From Auanema rhodensis (Eukaryota; Animalia; Nematoda): DNA of 64,000 nucleotides. The position numbers and the translations under genes were made by a program. This document shows, piece after piece, positions 50,601-64,000 of this stretch. The notes under the pieces were generated by a model. That model saw only the letters and a program-made list of their open reading frames with translations, made no database searches and was not told where the DNA came from. The stretch covers positions 17,236,001 to 17,300,000 of the forward strand of contig OZ059900.1 in assembly GCA_964057225.1 (NCBI GenBank), written 5' to 3'. The first letter of the stretch is position 1; each line of letters opens with the position of its first letter.

Positions 50601-53600
50601 TGGAACTAGACGTTGTAGGAACAATTTTGAGCTAGGTTTCATTGACATTGCATGAGTTTGAACACATGAAATCGTAAGTCAAAACCTTGTTTACAGCGAA
50701 ATTTCCAAAAACTGGTTTTCCAGCATAATAAAATATTTCTCATGGGAAATACTGTGTTTTTGTATTTTTATAGTGTTCAGCATGTAAAATGTTTCATTTT
50801 AGTATGTAACACGCTGAAATTCGTTGCATTTGACGACTCATATGAACAAAAATCGATTTAATCAATATTAGCCATAAGAGGCGTGCCCTCAGAATATGCT
50901 AATTTCCTTAATTTTCTAACCCCTGTTTTTTTGTCGTGAAAGTGAAACTAGACGTTGTAATAACAATTTTGAGCTAGGTTTCATTGACATTGCATGAGTT
51001 TGAACACATGAAATCGTAAGTCAAAACCTTGTTTACAGCGAAATTTCCAAAAACTGGTTTTCCAGCATAATAAAATATTTCTCATGGGAAATACTGTGTT
51101 TTTGTATTTTTCTAGTGTTCAGCATGTAAAATGTTTCATTTTAGTATGTAACACGCTGAAATTCGTTGCATTTGACGACTCATATGAACAAAAATCGATT
51201 TAATCAATATTAGCCATAAAGGGCGTGCCCTCAGAATATGCTAATTTCCTTAATTTTCTAACCCCTGTTTTTTTGTCGTGAAAGTGGAACTAGACGTTGT
51301 AGGAACAATTTTGAGCTAGGTTTCATTGACATTGCATGAGTTTGAACACATGAAATCGTAAGTCAAAACCTTGTTTACAGCGAACTTTCCAAAAACTGGT
51401 TTTCCAGCATAATAAAATATTTCTCATGGGAAATACTGTGTTTTTGTATTTTTCTAGTGTTCAGCATGTGAAATGCTTCATTTTAGTATGTAACACGCTG
51501 AAATTCGTTGCATTTGACGACTCATATGAACAAAAATCGATTTAATCAATATTAGCCATAAGAGGCGTGCCCTCAGAATATGCTAATTTCCTTAATTTTC
51601 TAACCCCTGTTTTTTTGTCGTGAAAGTGGAACTAGACGTTGTACGAACAATTTTGAGCTAGGTTTCATTGACATTGCATGAGTTTGAACACATGAAATCG
51701 TAAGTCAAAACCTTGTTTACAGCGAAATTTCCAAAAACTGGTTTTCCAGCATAATAAAATATTTCTCATGGGAAATACTGTGTTTTTGTATTTTTATAGT
51801 GTTCAGCATGTAAAATGTTTCATTTTAGTATGTAACACGCTGAAATTCGTTGCATTTGACGACTCATATGAACAAAAATCGATTTAATCAATATTAGCCA
51901 TAAGGGGCGTGCCCTCAGAATATGCTAATTATCTAATTTTCTAACCACTGTTTTTTTGTCGTGAAAGTGGAACTAGACGTTGTAGGAACAATTTTGAGCT
52001 AGGTTTCATTGACATTGCATGAGTTTGAACACATGAAATCGTAAGTCAAAACCTTGTTTACAGCGAAATTTCCAAAAACTGGTTTTCCAGCATAATAAAA
52101 TATTTCTCATGGGAAATACTGTGTTTTTGTATTTTTATAGTGTTCAGCATGTAAAATGCTTCATTTTAGTATGTAACACGCTGAAATTCGTTGCATTTGA
52201 CGACTCATATGAACAAAAATCGATTTAATCAATATTAGCCATAAGAGGCGTGCCCTCAGAATATGCTAATTTCCTTAATTTTCTAACCCCTGTTTTTTTG
52301 TCGTGAAAGTGGAACTAGACGTTGTAATAACAATTTTGAGCTAGGTTTCATTGACATTGCATGAGTTTGAACACATGAAATCGTAAGTCAAAACCTTGTT
52401 TACAGCGAAATTTCCAAAAACTGGTTTTCCAGCATAATAAAATATTTCTCATGGGAAATACTGTGTTTTTGTATTTTTCTAGTGTTCAGCATGTAAAATG
52501 TTTCATTTTAGTATGTAACACGCTGAAATTCGTTGCATTTGACGACTCATATGAACAAAAATCGATTTAATCAATATTAGCCATAAGAGGCGTGCCCTCA
52601 GAATATGCTAATTTCCTTAATTTTCTAACCCCTGTTTTTTTGTCGTGAAAGTGGAACTAGACGTTGTACGAACAATTTTGAGCTAGGTTTCATTGACATT
52701 GCATGAGTTTGAACACATGAAATCGTAAGTCAAAACCTTGTTTACAGCGAAATTTCCAAAAACTGGTTTTCCAGCATAATAAAATATTTCTCATGTGAAA
52801 TACTGTGTTTTTGTATTTTTATAGTGTTCAGCATGTAAAATGTTTCATTTTAGTATGTAACACGCTGAAATTCGTTGCATTTGACGACTCATATGAACAA
52901 AAATCGATTTAATCAATATTAGCCATAAGGGGCGTGCCCTCAGAATATGCTAATTATCTAATTTTCTAACCACTGTTTTTTTGTCGTGAAAGTGGAACTA
53001 GACGTTGTAGGAACAATTTTGAGCTAGGTTTCATTGACATTGCATGAGTTTGAACACATGAAATCGTAAGTCAAAACCTTGTTTACAGCGAAATTTCCAA
53101 AAACTGGTTTTCCAGCATAATAAAATATTTCTCATGGGAAATACTGTGTTTTTGTATTTTTATAGTGTTCAGCATGTAAAATGCTTCATTTTAGTATGTA
53201 ACACGCTGAAATTCGTTGCATTTGACGACTCATATGAACAAAAATCGATTTAATCAATATTAGCCATAAGAGGCGTGCCCTCAGAATATGCTAATTTCCT
53301 TAATTTTCTAACCCCTGTTTTTTTGTCGTGAAAGTGGAACTAGACGTTGTAATAACAATTTTGAGCTAGGTTTCATTGACATTGCATGAGTTTGAACACA
53401 TGAAATCGTAAGTCAAAACCTTGTTTACAGCGAAATTTCCAAAAACTGGTTTTCCAGCATAATAAAATATTTCTCATGGGAAATACTGTGTTTTTGTATT
53501 TTTCTAGTGTTCAGCATGTGAAATGCTTCATTTTAGTATGTAACACGCTGAAATTCGTTGCATTTGACGACTCATATGAACAAAAATCGATTTAATCAAT

Positions 53601-54500
53601 ATTAGCCATAAGGGGCGTGCCCTCAGAATATGCTAATTTCCTTAATTTTCTAACCCCTGTTTTGTTGTCGTGAAAGTGGAACTAGACGTTGTAGGAACAA
53701 TTTTGAGCTAGGTTTCATTGACATTGCATGAGTTTGAACACATGAAATCGTAAGTCAAAACCTTGTTTACAGCGAAATTTCCAAAAACTGGTTTTCCAGC
53801 ATAATAAAATATTTCTCATGGGAAATACTGTGTTTTTGTATTTTTCTAGTGTTCAGCATGTGAAATGCTTTATTTTAGTATGTAACACGCTGAAATTCGT
53901 TTCATTTGACGACTCATATGAACAAAAATCGATTTAATCAATATTAGCCATAAGGGGCGTGCCCTCAGAATATGCTAATTTCCTTAATTTTCTAACCCCT
54001 GTTTTTTTGTCGTGAAAGTGGAACTAGACGTTGTAGGAACAATTTTGAGCTAGGTTTCATTGACATTGCATGAGTTTGAACACATGAAATCGTAAGTCAA
54101 AACCTTGTTTACAGCGAAATTTCCAAAAACTGGTTTTCCAGCATAATAAAATATTTCTCATGGGAAATACTGTGTTTTTGTATTTTTATAGTGTTCAGCA
54201 TGTAAAATGTTTCATTTTAGTATGTAACACGCTGAAATTCGTTGCATTTGACGACTCATATGAACAAAAATCGATTTAATCAATATTAGCCATAAGAGGC
54301 GTGCCCTCAGAATATGCTAATTTCCTTAATTTTCTAACCCCTGTTTTTTTGTCGTGAAAGTGAAACTAGACGTTGTAATAACAATTTTGAGCTAGGTTTC
54401 ATTGACATTGCATGAGTTTGAACACATGAAATCGTAAGTCAAAACCTTGTTTACAGCGAAATTTCCAAAAACTGGTTTTCCAGCATAATAAAATATTTCT
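47700..54500 (-). repeat. Tandem 10-monomer duplication (period about 3419 bp)
   Basis: gcgaactttc (47961/51380), ataaagggcg (~47797/51216), tatct (48511/51930 and 49536/52955), tgaaac (50943/54361). Confidence 0.85.
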
Positions 54501-57500
54501 CATGGGAAATACTGTGTTTTTGTATTTTTCTAGTGTTCAGCATGTAAAATGCTTCATTTTAGTATGTAACACGCTGAAATTCGTTTCATTCGACGACTCA
54601 TATGAACAAAAATCGATTTAATCAATATTAGCCATAAGGGGCGTGCCCTCAGAATATGCTAATTTCCTTAATTTTCTAACCCCTGTTTTTTTGTCGTGAA
54701 AGTGGAACTAGACGTTGTAGGAACAATTTTGAGCTAGGTTTCATTGACATTGCATGAGTTTGAACACATGAAATCGTAAGTCAAAACCTTGTTTACAGCG
54801 AAATTTCCAAAAACTGGTTTTCCAGCATAATAAAATATTTCTCATGGGAAATACTGTGTTTTTGTATTTTTATAGTGTTCAGCATGTAAAATGTTTCATT
54901 TTAGTATGTAACACGCTGAAATTCGTTGCATTTGACGACTCATATGAACAAAAATCGATTTAATCAATATTAGCCATAAGAGGCGTGCCCTCAGAATATG
55001 CTAATTTCCTTAATTTTCTAACCCCTGTTTTTTTGTCGTGAAAGTGGAACTAGACGTTGTAATAACAATTTTGAGCTAGGTTTCATTGACATTGCATGAG
55101 TTTGAACACATGAAATCGTAAGTCAAAACCTTGTTTACAGCGAAATTTCCAAAAACTGGTTTTCCAGCATAATAAAATATTTCTCATGGGAAATACTGTG
55201 TTTTTGTATTTTTCTAGTGTTCAGCATGTGAAATGCTTCATTTTAGTATGTAACACGCTGAAATTCGTTGCATTTGACGACTCATATGAACAAAAATCGA
55301 TTTAATCAATATTAGCCATAAGGGGCGTGCCCTCAGAATATGCTAATTTCCTTAATTTTCTAACCCCTGTTTTGTTGTCGTGAAAGTGGAACTAGACGTT
55401 GTAGGAACAATTTTGAGCTAGGTTTCATTGACATTGCATGAGTTTGAACACATGAAATCGTAAGTCAAAACCTTGTTTACAGCGAAATTTCCAAAAACTG
55501 GTTTTCCAGCATAATAAAATATTTCTCATGGGAAATACTGTGTTTTTGTATTTTTCTAGTGTTCAGCATGTAAAATGCTTCATTTTAGTATGTAACACGC
55601 TGAAATTCGTTTCATTTGACGACTCATATGAACAAAAATCGATTTAATCAATATTAGCCATAAGGGGCGTGCCCTCAGAATATGCTAATTTCCTTAATTT
55701 TCTAACCCCTGTTTTTTTGTCGTGAAAGTGGAACTAGACGTTGTAGGAACAATTTTGAGCTAGGTTTCATTGACATTGCATGAGTTTGAACACATGAAAT
55801 CGTAAGTCAAAACCTTGTTTACAGCGAAATTTCCAAAAACTGGTTTTCCAGCATAATAAAATATTTCTCATGGGAAATACTGTGTTTTTGTATTTTTATA
55901 GTGTTCAGCATGTAAAATGTTTCATTTTAGTATGTAACACGCTGAAATTCGTTGCATTTGACGACTCATATGAACAAAAATCGATTTAATCAATATTAGC
56001 CATAAGAGGCGTGCCCTCAGAATATGCTAATTTCCTTAATTTTCTAACCCCTGTTTTTTTGTCGTGAAAGTGAAACTAGACGTTGTAATAACAATTTTGA
56101 GCTAGGTTTCATTGACATTGCATGAGTTTGAACACATGAAATCGTAAGTCAAAACCTTGTTTACAGCGAAATTTCCAAAAACTGGTTTTCCAGCATAATA
56201 AAATATTTCTCATGGGAAATACTGTGTTTTTGTATTTTTCTAGTGTTCAGCATGTAAAATGCTTCATTTTAGTATGTAACACGCTGAAATTCGTTTCATT
56301 TGACGACTCATATGAACAAAAATCGATTTAATCAATATTAGCCATAAGGGGCGTGCCCTCAGAATATGCTAATTTCCTTAATTTTCTAACCCCTGTTTTT
56401 TTGTCGTGAAAGTGGAACTAGACGTTGTAGGAACAATTTTGAGCTAGGTTTCATTGACATTGCATGAGTTTGAACACATGAAATCGTAAGTCAAAACCTT
56501 GTTTACAGCGAAATTTCCAAAAACTGGTTTTCCAGCATAATAAAATATTTCTCATGGGAAATACTGTGTTTTTGTATTTTTATAGTGTTCAGCATGTAAA
56601 ATGTTTCATTTTAGTATGTAACACGCTGAAATTCGTTGCATTTGACGACTCATATGAACAAAAATCGATTTAATCAATATTAGCCATAAGAGGCGTGCCC
56701 TCAGAATATGCTAATTTCCTTAATTTTCTAACCCCTGTTTTTTTGTCGTGAAAGTGGAACTAGACGTTGTAATAACAATTTTGAGCTAGGTTTCATTGAC
56801 ATTGCATGAGTTTGAACACATGAAATCGTAAGTCAAAACCTTGTTTACAGCGAAATTTCCAAAAACTGGTTTTCCAGCATAATAAAATATTTCTCATGGG
56901 AAATACTGTGTTTTTGTATTTTTCTAGTGTTCAGCATGTGAAATGCTTCATTTTAGTATGTAACACGCTGAAATTCGTTGCATTTGACGACTCATATGAA
57001 CAAAAATCGATTTAATCAATATTAGCCATAAGGGGCGTGCCCTCAGAATATGCTAATTTCCTTAATTTTCTAACCCCTGTTTTGTTGTCGTGAAAGTGGA
57101 ACTAGACGTTGTAGGAACAATTTTGAGCTAGGTTTCATTGACATTGCATGAGTTTGAACACATGAAATCGTAAGTCAAAACCTTGTTTACAGCGAAATTT
57201 CCAAAAACTGGTTTTCCAGCATAATAAAATATTTCTCATGGGAAATACTGTGTTTTTGTATTTTTCTAGTGTTCAGCATGTGAAATGCTTCATTTTAGTA
57301 TGTAACACGCTGAAATTCGTTGCATTTGACGACTCATATGAACAAAAATCGATTTAATCAATATTAGCCATAAGGGGCGTGCCCTCAGAATATGCTAATT
57401 TCCTTAATTTTCTAACCCCTGTTTTGTTGTCGTGAAAGTGGAACTAGACGTTGTAGGAACAATTTTGAGCTAGGTTTCATTGACATTGCATGAGTTTGAA

Positions 57501-60500
57501 CACATGAAATCGTAAGTCAAAACCTTGTTTACAGCGAAATTTCCAAAAACTGGTTTTCCAGCATAATAAAATATTTCTCATGGGAAATACTGTGTTTTTG
57601 TATTTTTCTAGTGTTCAGCATGTAAAATGCTTCATTTTAGTATGTAACACGCTGAAATTCGTTTCATTTGACGACTCATATGAACAAAAATCGATTTAAT
57701 CAATATTAGCCATAAGGGGCGTGCCCTCAGAATATGCTAATTTCCTTAATTTTCTAACCCCTGTTTTTTTGTCGTGAAAGTGGAACTAGACGTTGTAGGA
57801 ACAATTTTGAGCTAGGTTTCATTGACATTGCATGAGTTTGAACACATGAAATCGTAAGTCAAAACCTTGTTTACAGCGAAATTTCCAAAAACTGGTTTTC
57901 CAGCATAATAAAATATTTCTCATGGGAAATACTGTGTTTTTGTATTTTTCTAGTGTTCAGCATGTAAAATGCTTCATTTTAGTATGTAACACGCTGAAAT
58001 TCGTTTCATTTGACGACTCATATGAACAAAAATCGATTTAATCAATATTAGCCATAAGGGGCGTGCCCTCAGAATATGCTAATTTCCTTAATTTTCTAAC
58101 CCCTGTTTTTTTGTCGTGAAAGTGGAACTAGACGTTGTAGGAACAATTTTGAGCTAGGTTTCATTGACATTGCATGAGTTTGAACACATGAAATCGTAAG
58201 TCAAAACCTTGTTTACAGCGAAATTTCCAAAAACTGGTTTTCCAGCATAATAAAATATTTCTCATGGGAAATACTGTGTTTTTGTATTTTTATAGTGTTC
58301 AGCATGTAAAATGTTTCATTTTAGTATGTAACACGCTGAAATTCGTTGCATTTGACGACTCATATGAACAAAAATCGATTTAATCAATATTAGCCATAAG
58401 AGGCGTGCCCTCAGAATATGCTAATTTCCTTAATTTTCTAACCCCTGTTTTTTTGTCGTGAAAGTGAAACTAGACGTTGTAATAACAATTTTGAGCTAGG
58501 TTTCATTGACATTGCATGAGTTTGAACACATGAAATCGTAAGTCAAAACCTTGTTTACAGCGAAATTTCCAAAAACTGGTTTTCCAGCATAATAAAATAT
58601 TTCTCATGGGAAATACTGTGTTTTTGTATTTTTCTAGTGTTCAGCATGTAAAATGCTTCATTTTAGTATGTAACACGCTGAAATTCGTTTCATTTGACGA
58701 CTCATATGAACAAAAATCGATTTAATCAATATTAGCCATAAGGGGCGTGCCCTCAGAATATGCTAATTTCCTTAATTTTCTAACCCCTGTTTTTTTGTCG
58801 TGAAAGTGGAACTAGACGTTGTAGGAACAATTTTGAGCTAGGTTTCATTGACATTGCATGAGTTTGAACACATGAAATCGTAAGTCAAAACCTTGTTTAC
58901 AGCGAAATTTCCAAAAACTGGTTTTCCAGCATAATAAAATATTTCTCATGGGAAATACTGTGTTTTTGTATTTTTATAGTGTTCAGCATGTAAAATGTTT
59001 CATTTTAGTATGTAACACGCTGAAATTCGTTGCATTTGACGACTCATATGAACAAAAATCGATTTAATCAATATTAGCCATAAGAGGCGTGCCCTCAGAA
59101 TATGCTAATTTCCTTAATTTTCTAACCCCTGTTTTTTTGTCGTGAAAGTGGAACTAGACGTTGTAATAACAATTTTGAGCTAGGTTTCATTGACATTGCA
59201 TGAGTTTGAACACATGAAATCGTAAGTCAAAACCTTGTTTACAGCGAAATTTCCAAAAACTGGTTTTCCAGCATAATAAAATATTTCTCATGGGAAATAC
59301 TGTGTTTTTGTATTTTTCTAGTGTTCAGCATGTGAAATGCTTCATTTTAGTATGTAACACGCTGAAATTCGTTGCATTTGACGACTCATATGAACAAAAA
59401 TCGATTTAATCAATATTAGCCATAAGGGGCGTGCCCTCAGAATATGCTAATTTCCTTAATTTTCTAACCCCTGTTTTGTTGTCGTGAAAGTGGAACTAGA
59501 CGTTGTAGGAACAATTTTGAGCTAGGTTTCATTGACATTGCATGAGTTTGAACACATGAAATCGTAAGTCAAAACCTTGTTTACAGCGAAATTTCCAAAA
59601 ACTGGTTTTCCAGCATAATAAAATATTTCTCATGGGAAATACTGTGTTTTTGTATTTTTCTAGTGTTCAGCATGTGAAATGCTTCATTTTAGTATGTAAC
59701 ACGCTGAAATTCGTTGCATTTGACGACTCATATGAACAAAAATCGATTTAATCAATATTAGCCATAAGGGGCGTGCCCTCAGAATATGCTAATTTCCTTA
59801 ATTTTCTAACCCCTGTTTTGTTGTCGTGAAAGTGGAACTAGACGTTGTAGGAACAATTTTGAGCTAGGTTTCATTGACATTGCATGAGTTTGAACACATG
59901 AAATCGTAAGTCAAAACCTTGTTTACAGCGAAATTTCCAAAAACTGGTTTTCCAGCATAATAAAATATTTCTCATGGGAAATACTGTGTTTTTGTATTTT
60001 TCTAGTGTTCAGCATGTAAAATGCTTCATTTTAGTATGTAACACGCTGAAATTCGTTTCATTTGACGACTCATATGAACAAAAATCGATTTAATCAATAT
60101 TAGCCATAAGGGGCGTGCCCTCAGAATATGCTAATTTCCTTAATTTTCTAACCCCTGTTTTTTTGTCGTGAAAGTGGAACTAGACGTTGTAGGAACAATT
60201 TTGAGCTAGGTTTCATTGACATTGCATGAGTTTGAACACATGAAATCGTAAGTCAAAACCTTGTTTACAGCGAAATTTCCAAAAACTGGTTTTCCAGCAT
60301 AATAAAATATTTCTCATGGGAAATACTGTGTTTTTGTATTTTTCTAGTGTTCAGCATGTAAAATGCTTCATTTTAGTATGTAACACGCTGAAATTCGTTT
60401 CATTTGACGACTCATATGAACAAAAATCGATTTAATCAATATTAGCCATAAGGGGCGTGCCCTCAGAATATGCTAATTTCCTTAATTTTCTAACCCCTGT

Positions 60501-63500
60501 TTTTTTGTCGTGAAAGTGGAACTAGACGTTGTAGGAACAATTTTGAGCTAGGTTTCATTGACATTGCATGAGTTTGAACACATGAAATCGTAAGTCAAAA
60601 CCTTGTTTACAGCGAAATTTCCAAAAACTGGTTTTCCAGCATAATAAAATATTTCTCATGGGAAATACTGTGTTTTTGTATTTTTATAGTGTTCAGCATG
60701 TAAAATGTTTCATTTTAGTATGTAACACGCTGAAATTCGTTGCATTTGACGACTCATATGAACAAAAATCGATTTAATCAATATTAGCCATAAGAGGCGT
60801 GCCCTCAGAATATGCTAATTTCCTTAATTTTCTAACCCCTGTTTTTTTGTCGTGAAAGTGAAACTAGACGTTGTAATAACAATTTTGAGCTAGGTTTCAT
60901 TGACATTGCATGAGTTTGAACACATGAAATCGTAAGTCAAAACCTTGTTTACAGCGAAATTTCCAAAAACTGGTTTTCCAGCATAATAAAATATTTCTCA
61001 TGGGAAATACTGTGTTTTTGTATTTTTCTAGTGTTCAGCATGTAAAATGCTTCATTTTAGTATGTAACACGCTGAAATTCGTTTCATTTGACGACTCATA
61101 TGAACAAAAATCGATTTAATCAATATTAGCCATAAGGGGCGTGCCCTCAGAATATGCTAATTTCCTTAATTTTCTAACCCCTGTTTTTTTGTCGTGAAAG
61201 TGGAACTAGACGTTGTAGGAACAATTTTGAGCTAGGTTTCATTGACATTGCATGAGTTTGAACACATGAAATCGTAAGTCAAAACCTTGTTTACAGCGAA
61301 ATTTCCAAAAACTGGTTTTCCAGCATAATAAAATATTTCTCATGGGAAATACTGTGTTTTTGTATTTTTATAGTGTTCAGCATGTAAAATGTTTCATTTT
61401 AGTATGTAACACGCTGAAATTCGTTGCATTTGACGACTCATATGAACAAAAATCGATTTAATCAATATTAGCCATAAGAGGCGTGCCCTCAGAATATGCT
61501 AATTTCCTTAATTTTCTAACCCCTGTTTTTTTGTCGTGAAAGTGGAACTAGACGTTGTAATAACAATTTTGAGCTAGGTTTCATTGACATTGCATGAGTT
61601 TGAACACATGAAATCGTAAGTCAAAACCTTGTTTACAGCGAAATTTCCAAAAACTGGTTTTCCAGCATAATAAAATATTTCTCATGGGAAATACTGTGTT
61701 TTTGTATTTTTCTAGTGTTCAGCATGTGAAATGCTTCATTTTAGTATGTAACACGCTGAAATTCGTTGCATTTGACGACTCATATGAACAAAAATCGATT
61801 TAATCAATATTAGCCATAAGGGGCGTGCCCTCAGAATATGCTAATTTCCTTAATTTTCTAACCCCTGTTTTGTTGTCGTGAAAGTGGAACTAGACGTTGT
61901 AGGAACAATTTTGAGCTAGGTTTCATTGACATTGCATGAGTTTGAACACATGAAATCGTAAGTCAAAACCTTGTTTACAGCGAAATTTCCAAAAACTGGT
62001 TTTCCAGCATAATAAAATATTTCTCATGGGAAATACTGTGTTTTTGTATTTTTCTAGTGTTCAGCATGTGAAATGCTTCATTTTAGTATGTAACACGCTG
62101 AAATTCGTTGCATTTGACGACTCATATGAACAAAAATCGATTTAATCAATATTAGCCATAAGGGGCGTGCCCTCAGAATATGCTAATTTCCTTAATTTTC
62201 TAACCCCTGTTTTGTTGTCGTGAAAGTGGAACTAGACGTTGTAGGAACAATTTTGAGCTAGGTTTCATTGACATTGCATGAGTTTGAACACATGAAATCG
62301 TAAGTCAAAACCTTGTTTACAGCGAAATTTCCAAAAACTGGTTTTCCAGCATAATAAAATATTTCTCATGGGAAATACTGTGTTTTTGTATTTTTCTAGT
62401 GTTCAGCATGTAAAATGCTTCATTTTAGTATGTAACACGCTGAAATTCGTTTCATTTGACGACTCATATGAACAAAAATCGATTTAATCAATATTAGCCA
62501 TAAGGGGCGTGCCCTCAGAATATGCTAATTTCCTTAATTTTCTAACCCCTGTTTTTTTGTCGTGAAAGTGGAACTAGACGTTGTAGGAACAATTTTGAGC
62601 TAGGTTTCATTGACATTGCATGAGTTTGAACACATGAAATCGTAAGTCAAAACCTTGTTTACAGCGAAATTTCCAAAAACTGGTTTTCCAGCATAATAAA
62701 ATATTTCTCATGGGAAATACTGTGTTTTTGTATTTTTATAGTGTTCAGCATGTAAAATGTTTCATTTTAGTATGTAACACGCTGAAATTCGTTGCATTTG
62801 ACGACTCATATGAACAAAAATCGATTTAATCAATATTAGCCATAAGAGGCGTGCCCTCAGAATATGCTAATTTCCTTAATTTTCTAACCCCTGTTTTTTT
62901 GTCGTGAAAGTGAAACTAGACGTTGTAATAACAATTTTGAGCTAGGTTTCATTGACATTGCATGAGTTTGAACACATGAAATCGTAAGTCAAAACCTTGT
63001 TTACAGCGAAATTTCCAAAAACTGGTTTTCCAGCATAATAAAATATTTCTCATGGGAAATACTGTGTTTTTGTATTTTTCTAGTGTTCAGCATGTAAAAT
63101 GCTTCATTTTAGTATGTAACACGCTGAAATTCGTTTCATTTGACGACTCATATGAACAAAAATCGATTTAATCAATATTAGCCATAAGGGGCGTGCCCTC
63201 AGAATATGCTAATTTCCTTAATTTTCTAACCCCTGTTTTTTTGTCGTGAAAGTGGAACTAGACGTTGTAGGAACAAGTTTGAGCTAGGTTTCATTGACAT
63301 TGCATGAGTTTGAACACATGAAATCGTAAGTCAAAACCTTGTTTACAGCGAAATTTCCAAAAACTGGTTTTCCAGCATAATAAAATATTTCTCATGGGAA
63401 ATACTGTGTTTTTGTATTTTTATAGTGTTCAGCATGTAAAATGTTTCATTTTAGTATGTAACACGCTGAAATTCGTTGCATTTGACGACTCATATGAACA

Positions 63501-64000
63501 AAAATCGATTTAATCAATATTAGCCATAAGAGGCGTGCCCTCAGAATATGCTAATTTCCTTAATTTTCTAACCCCTGTTTTTTTGTCGTGAAAGTGGAAC
63601 TAGACGTTGTAATAACAATTTTGAGCTAGGTTTCATTGACATTGCATGAGTTTGAACACATGAAATCGTAAGTCAAAACCTTGTTTACAGCGAAATTTCC
63701 AAAAACTGGTTTTCCAGCATAATAAAATATTTCTCATGGGAAATACTGTGTTTTTGTATTTTTCTAGTGTTCAGCATGTGAAATGCTTCATTTTAGTATG
63801 TAACACGCTGAAATTCGTTGCATTTGACGACTCATATGAACAAAAATCGATTTAATCAATATTAGCCATAAGGGGCGTGCCCTCAGAATATGCTAATTTC
63901 CTTAATTTTCTAACCCCTGTTTTGTTGTCGTGAAAGTGGAACTAGACGTTGTAGGAACAATTTTGAGCTAGGTTTCATTGACATTGCATGAGTTTGAACA
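53300..64000 (-). repeat. Homogeneous higher-order repeat with variable unit size (5, 7, 7, 6 monomers)
   Basis: The marker (g)tgaaactag occurs at 54361, 56071, 58465, 60859 and 62911, spaced 1710, 2394, 2394 and 2052 bp, all exact multiples of 342. Confidence 0.9.

Larger units (their letters stand above)
41220..64000 (-). repeat. Same 342-bp satellite in reverse-complement orientation (about 66.6 monomers)
   Basis: From 41221 the sequence ttcattttagtatgtaacacgctgaaattcgttgc... is the reverse complement of monomer positions 121 downward. It continues with 342-bp periodicity to the window end. Confidence 0.99.

Noticed and set aside
1-64000. Giant repetitive CDS (342 is divisible by 3, so 114-aa repeats were conceivable)
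   Set aside because: All six frames have stop codons within the monomer, and frequent 1-bp indels shift the frame.
1-64000. CRISPR array or other repeat-spacer system
   Set aside because: There are no unique spacers; the entire unit is repeated nearly identically and no cas genes are present.

Overview
The whole 64-kb window is one AT-rich tandem satellite array (monomer 1 is about 34% GC by hand count) built from a 342-bp monomer, with occasional 341- and 343-bp copies caused by 1-bp indels. I found no genes, RNA genes, transposons or CRISPR array. All six reading frames of the monomer are closed by stop codons. Monomers differ from each other at only a handful of positions. The main structural event is a strand switch at about 41,220: 120 full monomers plus a 197-bp partial run forward (1-41219), then about 66.6 monomers run in reverse (41220-64000). 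This makes a multi-kilobase inverted repeat with a 77-bp central spacer. Both breakpoints of the switch fall in the loops of short hairpin-forming dyads in the monomer. Diagnostic SNPs divide the array into variant domains with local higher-order repeats and block duplications (periods of 2, 3, 4, 5, 6, 7, 9, 10, 12, 18 and 23 monomers). Private variants are densest around the inversion, and the most regular higher-order repeat is at the far right end. The architecture resembles eukaryotic (peri)centromeric satellite DNA, but I cannot assign species, family name or centromeric function from the sequence alone. All counts were made by hand.
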